Assembly (NCBI GenBank): GCA_039621445.1
Contig: CP154954.1
Span: forward strand, 7,017,425-7,081,424
DNA: 64,000 nucleotides
DNA from: Euglena gracilis
Taxonomy: Eukaryota
Direction: 5' to 3'
Shown in pieces: positions 12,004 to 23,222 of this stretch. Position numbers and translations under genes: made by a program. The notes beneath the pieces were generated by a model. That model was not told the DNA's origin, did no database searches, and saw only the letters and a program-made list of their open reading frames with translations. Position 1 is the stretch's first letter. Every line of letters starts with the position of its first letter.

Positions 12004-15000
12004 GCACATACCATTGCCCATCACTGGATGTCTTGACGGGCAAAGCTCCCCCCACAAACGAACTCGGGGTTCCCGCGATAGGGAGGCCCGATTGACCCTG
12101 GCTGGGCCACCGCCCGCCCGCTGGCGAGGGCATCTTCCGGGCCATCAAGGAGGGCCGGCGGGTGGAGGTGAACCGCCTCGTGCAGCGGGACCCGTCGGTG
12201 CTCATCAGCTGCGGCCGAGGGGTCCTCGGCGCCGGTGACAATGGCGCAAAAACGCAAATTGCACTGTGGGTGGGACCACACAACCACTTCGTCCCTGGCC
12301 GACCCCCCCAAGTGAATGGTTTTTTTTAGATTGATTGGTTTTTGGGCCGGACTTCTCCCCCCAAACCAGAAAATTGACTGCTACCAAAGGCGCCGAAAAA
12401 ATTCCTTCTTGTGGTCAATTTCCTCTTGGGTTCCCGAGTGGCCGAGTGGTCCCCTTGACTTTCCCGGGAGTCGGTAAAAAATTGTTTGTTTGGGACCTCT
12501 TTCGGAAAGTGGTGCCGGATCTGCACACACCCACCCACCCACGCACAAACATGCGGATACACCTGCACATCTGCAAACAAATGAAATCATGCTTTCCTTA
12601 GGTTCACGTTTCCACATTATGTATTTTCTTTTCCATTATCATCATCATGTGTTTATTCAGTGTCCTTTGTTTAATTTTGCAACCATTGTTTTGCTGTTGT
12701 TGTTGGTGGTGGTGGTGGTGGTGTTGTTTCAGGAATGTGTGCACCCCAGCACCATTTCCTGTGGGAGAAGTCCCTTCGTGGGCGACGCCGTGGGGGCGAA
12801 TCCGATCCACATTGCCTTCCTCTACCGCCAGACAGAGATCGGCCAAACCCTCGTCCGACAATACCCCGAGCTGGCAGACAGGCGGACCTTTGCCTGGCGC
12901 GATACTGTTGTCTGGCACGCGCGCATGTGTGTGTGTGTGTGTGTCCATGTGTATTTCCTTTCGACCTTGGTTTATCGCCGCCCAGGTCTTTACCTTCCCA
13001 TTGAGCATTGCATTTGCATTCGTCTGGATGCGTGGGGCAGTGCTTATGCAGGATCAGCACTTTGGGGCGTTTTGTGTTTTCCAACTGTTGCATCTAACAG
13101 CGACCCTGTCTGACTCTGTTCCCACTGGCACTCTCGGTGGGAAGACTGAAGTGTGCTGCTCAATTCAAGAGAATGTGCATATCTGTGATTGCGCAGATGT
13201 ACCATCCCTCCTGTTCCTGAAAGGTTTCCCTACTCCCGACGTCGGTGTACGGGGAGGGGGAGTACAGCGGGGAGAACATCCTGCACATCGCCATCATCCA
13301 CCAGGACGTGGAGCTGGTGCGCTGGCTGCTGAACCGGGATCAGGATTTGTTTGCCGGATGAAAGTGGGTGCAGGCGGTGGGATTAGAGCCAAGCATTCCC
13401 CAGGTCTGGTTTTGTTGAAAACTCCTCTTGTCTTCTCCCTCTGTACTCCACAATCCCCTGGGTTTGTGCAATTGGGGGAGGTCAAAGTGTACCAACTTTT
13501 TGCACAGTTGCTACCTCCTGAGCATGTATGCATATTTGGAAGGCCCTGGACCTTCTGCAGCAATGGCACGGCGAAATTTCTTTGGCCCAAATTTCACAGT
13601 GGAATGCAAGGTACGTTGGAACTTTTATCGCTTTCAAAGTTAGCCATGAAGTGTACAGTTCTTGCATTCACACCCGTCGGCACAAAAAAATATTCTGAGT
13701 GGGACCCAGAGCTGCTCAACGCGGAGACCACTGGCTCGTTCTTTGCCCCCAGCGGGGACGTGTATTTTGGAGGCCCAGGGGTTGCCTCACAACCCAATCT
13801 TGGGGCTCCAAGCTACAAAATGGTGTCGGAGCCAGCCACTGCTCCTCCTAGTTACAAAACTCAATATTCTGGAATGGAGAGTTTTTTGGGGAGAAAATGT
13901 CTTGTAGGAAATATGTACACCTGAATAATCAGCACTGCAGTTTCAAGCGAAGCTTGGGAAAGGGTCTAGTGATGTTGCATTTGCTAGACGAAGAAGAGCA
14001 GGAGGAGGATGTTGACGTGAGGAATTTGTTTTGGAACGTTTTCTTGAGTGGTGCAGAGTGCACAAAGTCACAGGAATTGGTTCTTAATTTGCTGTTGTTG
14101 TTTTTGTTGCTATTGTTGTTGTCGTTGTTGGTGTTGCTGATGTTGTTGAAGGTATTTTTGCAGTATTTGAAAATATTGGTGACAGTCTTTTTGCGGGCGA
14201 CTGTGGGATACGATGATAGGAAATTCACCCCCAAATGCCAAATGCCAAATGTGTCTCCTTTCAGATTGAGACGGGCGTCCCGTTGGCACGGGACAGCTGT
14301 CGTCTCAGGTGGGCCATTTTGGCCCAATTTGTCGCAGGAAACTGAATGCCACCTGGATGCTCGTGGTGTATCCACTGCAACCGTCTGAGTTGGTCCCTGG
14401 TGGAGCTACAGCCATGCACATATGGGGGAGCCAATTGTACCCTTCCCATAGAATTGTACCAGTGTAGGGCAGTGTGGGCTGTGGAACGGTACCAAACCTA
14501 CACAGGAGAGAGAAACCTGTCAATGACAGTTTTGAGCCTCAAACGCGACGGGTTTGGCCGGTTGGCGGGCCCTGCCGACGGTACCCGCTGCTGTTCGCGG
14601 TGTCCAGCAACCAGATCGACATCCTGCAGTACATCCTCGCCACCCGCAACGCGGAGCGCTGCCGCATGCGCGGCCACTTCAAGAACCAGCCCAGGGCGGT
14701 GCACGGCGACTGTTTCGAGTAGGAAGGCCACAAGCAGAAAGCTGGCAACCGAGGTGTGGTCACGCTTCCTTTTAGCATGGTCGCTGGAGATTTGAACAAT
14801 TTATATTGTGGCTTCGGAAGCTTGGGCATTCATAACCCCCACGCTGTCCCAATTTACGCCGAGATTTCTCCTTGCAACAGAACAACAACAGAACACCAGT
14901 ACAAGAAGAGCACCTCACCATCTCCGTCCAAGTGGAGAGCATACTCTGTGGGGCGTTTGTGGTTTCCCATAAATGAACCTAGTTCAGCCGACTGAATGGC

Positions 15001-18000
15001 TGAATGACAACAAATACTGGTTGCGTCGCCGGCCGGCCGCCGCCCTGGCCGAGATCACGACCACCGATCGCTTCGGGAACTGCGCGCTCCACATGGCGGT
15101 CATCCATGGGCTGGAACGCTCTGTGCCTCCCCGAACGGATTGCCACGGGAAGTTGTCCACTGAGGAATTGGAGAGGCCTAAATAGATTGTCGACCCAGAA
15201 AAAACGAATTTCAAACTCATATTTTCAGATATGAAAATATGTCCCAATAGTATGAAGGAGCATATGTCAGGGATCAATGAGTGATTTTGGCCAATTTTCC
15301 CTCCAACTCCGTTGGTCCACCGGGGGAAGTGTGTATTTTTGTATTTTTCGGCCAAAGTTTGCTGAAACCTTAAAACTTGGCCCAACCTGAATACCGAATC
15401 CAGGCCTAAATTTAGGCCTGAATGCGTGACCGTAACCCGATCCCTATCATTAACCCTGCATCCAGCGTCTGAAAACCCAACTGAAAAAGTGGTGTGGTTT
15501 CCAGGACCCCCGAAATTGGGGTACTGATGTGTTACTAAAACAGGGACTGGACCCCTCTTCATACTACTGGGACGTGGGCCCAGTAGCAGGCTACCAGCTT
15601 TGTAGTTGCATACAAAAAAATTTGGCTCAAAAAGGCCAAAAGTTTTAGGCCTAAAACTCGGCATAATTTTGGGAGGCCTAGCTCAGGCCTAAAAACTAAA
15701 TCCAACTCCGAGGCCTAACCATATCCCTAGCCCTGTCTCAATCATTTACGCCAATTACCACCCTCGGGGACCACCGCAAAAGGGAGGGGTCAGGCGAACC
15801 CTTGGTCGTCCGAGGCAAAACTACGATAAGGGCCTTTAAGTTGAACAAGCCGAAGATCCTGGGGGCAATTGCAAATCCTTCATCCTGATAAGTGTCCGCA
15901 TCCGGTCGCCGGAGCGGGATGAAACGAATACCTTGAGTTTCTCGGTGCCTTTCTTTTGAAGAGCCGAAAGCTTTTCAGAATGCGGATCAGTCTGAAACAA
16001 GGAAGCTGGTGAACTGTGGGAGGGGCGATGCCGAAAGTGAACAGGATCGTCACTGGCAGGCGGCGAATGGCACAACACCGTATCCTGCGTCTTTGTTGGG
16101 AGTGATTCGGCAAAGAGCGCTTCAGCGGTCGACCTGCCCGATATGTACGACCAACTGCCGTCTTTATTGAATGCCTCTTTCCCTTGTGTTGCACTTGGTG
16201 CGAATTGCATGTTCCTGAATCCAAAAAGAAAGTGGGGGAGATGAAGCCGGAAACGATTGCAGTCTGCAAAAATATGGTGTTCGGCTCTGCGAGGTTGCAT
16301 TCTTTTCAGTGTTTTTGATGGTAAGTGATTGTTGGCATCCAAAAAAGTTGAAAAAGTTGACGTTGGCCAATTTGTGTGACTGAGCAACAGATTATGGTGG
16401 AAGAAAAGCCTTGCATGCAGGCAGACAGACACGGAATTCATACGGATTTTGGTGTTTGTATCGCCATTTTTTTCAACTCACATCTGCTGCCTGCCTGTTA
16501 TCTGGCTGCGTTTGCGCTGTTTGCCTGTGCATGCGTTCATATGTGCACATTGATGTACGCACATTCATACTCACATGTGCATAATCATATATGTGCATGC
16601 GCATGTGAATGCGATTCCGTGTGTGTTCGCGTGTTTTTTGTTCGGTTTGTGGTCTGGTGCTCGGAGCGTCGCACGCAGGCACCCACAGCGCGTGACAGCG
16701 GCTGCCCGCGATTTCGTGGTGGAGGAGATGCGCCGCCACGGGCTGACCCACACCGACGTGCGGCACCGCCTCAATGTGGAGCGGCTCACCCCGCTGGCCC
16801 TCGCCGCCGCTATGGGCCAGGAGCGCATGTTCCGCCCAGCCGGCCTGTCTGCCCCCCCCCCTGTGCCCCGCAAGAACTAATTTGCCGACAGGTTTTATTT
16901 ATATCTGCTTTCAGCTTTCGAACTGCTGCTGGCTGTTACAATTGTTACAATATTAAACAGTATGATTTAATGACAGCCTCTATGGGTAGGGTTGCAACTG
17001 TCGCTCCTAAATGGTCTTAGGGTTTGGGTGGGCCAAAGTCAGGGAGTCAGGCCGAAATCGTGCCTAAATTCTGGCCTAAATTTTGCCTATTTTTTTCAGC
17101 CTGAATTTAGGCCAAACGGCCCAAATGCTCACCCTGACCCTATTCCCAAACGCCAACCCCATCCCTATCTTACCCAAACCTTTGCCTTATATAAAAAGTG
17201 GACTTTCCCTATTGCACATTTGTCATGGGCACCTTCGGTGGGCAGCACGAAATCGCAGGTCGTTAGAGGCTGCCGATTTGGTAATATACAAAAAAGAAAA
17301 AAACGTAAAATAAAATTTGTAAAACAAAACGGTGTGCCAAAATTTTTTTCCCCTCGAGTTGTATGGGTGGGTACCAGGGATTTTTTTAGTCGTGGACCCC
17401 CGGGGGGGGGAGGGGGGGTAGGCAGGGTTCGATATAAGGAGGGCGTACATGGTTTAGGTGGGCGGGTGCCCCCCCCCCCCCCCCCCCCTCCTGGCCCGCA
17501 GGGGGGGGGGGTCCGGACCACCCCCCCCCCCCACCTGCAAGGGGGTTCCGGACCGACCCTGGGGGGGTACCCGGGACCCCCCCCAAAAAGGGTCAATTTT
17601 TTCCTCCAGCGCTTCGCGCCGAATTTTTTTTGCATTTTTGGCCAATTTTTGCCCAAAAAGTGCCCAAAATGGCACTTTTGGTCGTTTTGGGGGGTCAAAA
17701 ATTTTCACCCTGACCGCGCCACTGTTTAGGTGGGGGGGGTCCCCCCCCCCCCCCCCCCCCCCCTCCTGGCCTGCAGGGGGGTCCGGACCACCCCCCCCCC
17801 CCCTCTCCTTATATCGAACCCTGGGGGTAGGGTGGGTGGGTCCGACCGAGCCCCCCCCCCCCCCCCCAGGGGGGGGTCCCCCGGAGGGGGGTGGGATATA
17901 CTTTTCGGCCGAGAATTTTTTGAAAAAGCGCTATTTTAGCACTTCGCGATTTTTTGTGGGTCCCCCCGGGACCCCCCCTCCCCCTCCCCGGTTTCCTGGT

Positions 18001-21000
18001 GGGTACTCAACCCCAAGCCCCAAAGCCTTTGTCAGCCCATGGGATGGTGGTGGTAGTGTTAGCGTGGTCCTGCTCCACATGGCAGCTCTGCCACAGGACT
18101 TGGTGCAAATGTGACGCTGGTTATGTGATTCAATTGGTGACCCTTCCTGTTTGCCATTCAAACCTCAGCACAGGCAAACGGGCCGGGGGGTGACAGGAAA
18201 ATGGACTACCCCACTCGCCAATTCTTTGAATCCACAGAATTCTCAAAGTGGACAAATCTTCTCAAAGTGGAACCCCAAGCCGCGTTGGGTTGGGCAATTC
18301 ATTAAATCTGATTAACATCAAACAATAGTTGTCGAGAACGGACCCCTCAACCCGTCAATGAATAGTTATCCAGCGACGACTGTCGGCAAGTGTCAAGTAT
18401 TTTCTGGGTCGGGTCCGAACCAGATTTGAGTTCGTATGTCTGCACCGTTGCCTCTGGACAGCGGCTGCTTCGCACCACATTTTGGCCAAGAACTCCGTCA
18501 TTGCCTGGGATTATGGCCCTGTGCAGGCCGTGCTGTGTGGCCTCTTGAAAACTGCACACAAAGAGAACCACCCACCATTCGTTTGTGTGGGTGATTGCGT
18601 GCATTCTTTAACCCATGACACCCCCGGAGGGGGTGTTGTGGGTGGTTGGGTAGGTGGGCGAGATGTCAAAAATTGTTTTGGTGGGTTGGCAACCCAGAGG
18701 GAATTACCTGGGCAACCCTGAAAAAGTACCCCATCGGAGGTTGAATAGCTCCCCCCCCCCATCCAAACACCGTGCCTTGAGACCATACCGTTGCTTAAGG
18801 TGTGTCTGACACCACTCCCAATCTTCAAGGAAGGTGGTTTTCAATGGCTTGTTGGCAAAAAGGGCCAAATATTTTGGCATTTGCCCTGCGGCATTCACAA
18901 GCGAGTGAGGAGTAAGAAAAAGTAAGAAACGTTGGACAAAGTGCATAATTTCTTTGCGAACTCACGCTCCGAGTAAATTCGAATTTTTTCAGAGCCGGCG
19001 CCACCACTCCATCCCCAAACTAATTCGGATACTGCGTGACCGCTGTGGCGCATGCGCTGGCACCAACCGCCCTCACACCACCAGGCAGAAGGTTTCTTCG
19101 GCGGTACATGCTTGTGGTCCGAGTTATCCGAAAGACAGTGTCAGTCAGCCTGTGTGCCAGCTCCCCCCCCCCCAGGAATCGGCCAAACAGTCAGGGTGGT
19201 GGGTGGGGGGGGGGGAGGGTCGACCCCCACCTCCTCCTGTATTTCCAGGAGCACCGATTTTCGATCCCAAATATTTTTTCCAGGCCTTCGGCCCCGGGAG
19301 GAAATCTGTGAAGAATGCTGTGGTGGGTGGGGGGATCGACCCCCCCCCCACCGGTGTGCCCCACCCCCTCCGGCGACCCCCACACCGCCGCCTGGCGCCG
19401 TGACGTGCAAGCTGTTCCCGCTCGGCGGGCTGGAGCAGCCGTTCATCGACCCGGACACGGGCCGGTTCGTGAAGACCTCCATCGAGTGCATGTGCGCCGG
19501 CGCCCAGAGCCCCGCCCAGGCCGACAGCAAATGGCGCCATGCATCCATCGCCATGAAGTTTCGATGCCCCCCCCCCCCCCTATGTCGAAACCCCAACCTA
19601 GTTGGAGGACACCTTTTTGGAGGTTTTGTCCAACTTCTGCATTTTTGCTGCCCAAAAGCTTCCATTTTGTAAACTTTTTTTTTGGCAAAAATTTGTTCAA
19701 AAAAAAGAAAAAAACAGCAGTGCCAAAAGGATAATTTTAACTTTGGGGGGTTGGGTCTCGGGCACCCCACCAGTCTGTGGAATTTGTTTTGGGCCTCTTG
19801 TCAAACGACCGACCTCCAGGTTGGAGGGCATCTTTTTGGTCAACCATCCATCCAATGCAGGGAGCGCTACCCCTGGGCTCCAAGCGGGCCTTCCAATCTC
19901 CCTGACGTAACCAGGAATAAACTTCGGCCCCAGCCAGTTCTTTCTTTTCAAACCAGGCAGATACGGTCTGCCAGCATCACGGAGTGCCTCAAATTTGTCG
20001 ACAACAAAATTCCCAGCAAAGTGGAACAGGCACCGTGGTAGCGGCTGCGCCACAGACTCCTGTCGCACTTCTGAAAATAGCACCCAGACAAGTATCAGAG
20101 ACACACAACGCTCTTGAACTTGCGAAGCCTCATTTGGCAAGTGTCAGTGCTTTTTGTTGGGTTTCCAGCGTTTCAACTCCATAAGTGCAGGTCATGAAAT
20201 GCTGGTTTCCTGAATGGTCTAGTGGGCGTTTTTCAGGGAGTATTTCTCTTTTTTTTCGCCTTCCAACCGGCTTGGAGATGCCTACCCTCCCCCCTATGTC
20301 CAACGACCCCCCTATGTCCAATGACCACCCCCCCGGTCAGAGGACACCTTTTCGGAGGTTTGACCAAATTTTTGGTCCCGGCGCACCGGGACGAAAAATT
20401 TTGCCCAAAAATTGGCCAAAAATTTGGCCAAAATGCCATTCTTGGCACTTTTTGGACAAAAATTTGTCAAAATTGCCCAAAATTTTCGGCGCGAAGCGCC
20501 GGAATGGAAAATTTGGGCATTTTTGGGTGGGTAGGGACCCGGGTACCCACCAACTTTCTTTTGACCCCATGTCCAACGACCACCCCCCCCCCCGGTCAGA
20601 GGACACCTTTTTGGTCACTACCCTATGTCCAACGACCACCCCCCCCCCCCGGTCAGAGGACAGAGGTTACCGGTCATTGGACATAGGGGGGGGCGGGTAC
20701 TTAAAGTTCACTTGGCACGCGATTCCTAACTCCAGCCTCCAACCTACGCCGGACCCGGCACCACGCGCCGCGGCTGGACCTCGTCGTCAGCGCGGAGGTG
20801 CGGCAGGTGCTGGACAAGAAGTGGGACGCGTTCGGGCAGCGCATGTTCTACCGGAAGCTGGCGGTGGCCCTCGGCACTGTGCTGGCCTGGACCGCCGCCA
20901 GCATCATTCCCGCCCAGGGGGTGGCTAGAGCTACTCTCCCCCCCATGCCCAATGAACGCCCATGCCCAATGAACAGGGGGTGTTCGGACTGTCTAGCTTA

Positions 21001-23186
21001 GTCTAGATTGTCACCTTAGTTAGTGTTCATTGGGCTTGGGGCGGGGGAAGGAAGGAAAGGGGGTACCATGCTAAAACCCTTCTGAAGAGGTACCCCCCAA
21101 GGAACTCAGCAGAACTTGTCCAACCCTCTCTTTTCGCAACCTCTTCCCATGTCTTGGAACCTGTCCCCTACTCTTCCCCCCCCGTTTTTTTTCGACTTTT
21201 TGGCCCGAAATGGCCGAAAATGGCGTCGGAAGCCTGCCGCGCTATTTCGGGCCGTAAATCAACCATATATCGGGCTTGGTGGGGAGTTACGGGGAAATCA
21301 AAATACCGTTAGATAGGGCGTTCCAAGGGCTTCAATTTAGGTCTGACATTTCCTTTGATTTGCTTCATTTCCGATACATTTTTAAAACATCGATTTTGCT
21401 ACATTGTGGATATATTTTGAAAAAAATCGATTGATTGACCAAAAAAAAAAACGGCCGAAAAGCACCCCAAAATGGCCGGTTTGGGCCACAAAAGTGCTAG
21501 GCGTGTCGGCGGCCAAAACGGCGAACAGGGGGTGATAGAGGGTCTCTAGGGGTACATTTCGTCAGAACCACATTTCTGGAAATATTGTAAGTTTTCTCGA
21601 GATATCTTCGAAAATCGATTTTTTGACCGAAAATCTCACCCCGGCGAAATGGCAGAGTCGAAACTGGGGGGGGTGGCGAATCCGAGTTTGGACCCCTTCG
21701 TGGCTGAATAACTCGGGCCTGGCGGGGAGTTGGGGGTCAAACGGAGGTGATTTGGAAACTCAGTGCATTTCCCCCCCATGAAGCTAATCCATGTATTGGA
21801 CCTGCTGACCTGTCGGACCAACGGTGCGACCAAAACAATGATTTTTAATGAAAAAATAAACATTTTCCATTTTGGAAAACAATTGCTCTTCGTCAGCTGG
21901 AAGCCGAAAGCCCTGTCCCCCAACCACTACAGCCTTGCCGACCAGAACCGCGTGGACTTCCCAGTGGCCAACGCCGTCATCCAGGCGCTGGAGCTGTTCG
22001 TCTTCCTCTCGGTGAGCTGGCGGGGCCTGTGCGTGGTGTACAGCAACTGCCTGCCCACCCATGTCAGTATCGTTCAGGGCTTCGTCGTTGGGCTTTTGGA
22101 TTCCTCAAGCCTCCAAAAGGCTGAGGACTGCCTTTTTTTTTGAGGTTTCTTCATTTTGTGCTTGGATCGGGGGGAACCAAACTATTGACATTCTGTATTT
22201 TTCCATGATTATTTTTTTGAGGAACCAGGAGATTTGCACGCCAGGTGGCACATGAACCGGGTCTCGCGAGCATATATGTACACATACACAAGTTAACGTG
22301 CACGTATGCAGGTACATATAATATATACACATATGTATGTATATGTGTATGTATATATATACATATTTACATATATACACACACATATGTACATATATAT
22401 ACACATATACCCACAAGCACACGTGTGCCATGGCTGCAATAAGGCCACACCAACCAAGGATTATTTTCGGTAAATGTTGGCATGTACAAATCAATCAGTG
22501 ACGAAGTGACACTTTCTTTTTCCCCCCTGTCGAACTTGTTGAGCACACATGAAGAAAGCTTCAACTACAAATGGGCTGTTTAGCTGAGAGCCTGCCTTGA
22601 GGGTGCTGCGGTTGGGATGTGCCAGTTTTTGGGGCTGGCTGCAGCAGCGACCCTGTGAGTTCTTGTTCAACATGCAGCACTGTAGTTTGGGTATTTCAAA
22701 ACGTGTCCGGATGCCCCCAGGGGCAGGTGGCACACCCAGTAATGTTCATTTAAGTAATTTTAATTTTATTCCCCCCGCCCGCTTGTTCAAGGCTGTGCCA
22801 TGATCTCGTATCAACAGCACAGTTTTTTTGGTATTTGAGAAAGCCTTCTCTCTCTACTTTGATCATTTGGCTGGATCTGTGATCCAAAACAGAACCGAAA
22901 TTACATACAAGGGCCATCTACCACTTGCACACTGGGTCGTTCACCCCCCCCCCCCGCCGTGTCCCAGAACATTGGCATCTTGGACAGGGGGGGAACGGGA
23001 AATAAAGAAGTAACTCAAGCTGGGGCCAGCCCGGCCGGAAACAAACTGCCTGGGGTGCGCAGCCGTGCTCGGGAGACCCACGGCGCGGCGGCGGTGGAGG
23101 CGGCGCTGGGCAACGTGTTCTGCGGCTTGTACCTGTCCTCCCTCGCCTTCCGCCCAGGGAACCGCAGAGGGCCGACCCCCACTTGG

Positions 23187-23222
<36 letters not shown>

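Noticed and set aside
12647-13924. 425-aa ORF, the longest in the track
   Set aside because: Chance read-through of introns and microsatellites; only 13703-13772 is in the true frame.
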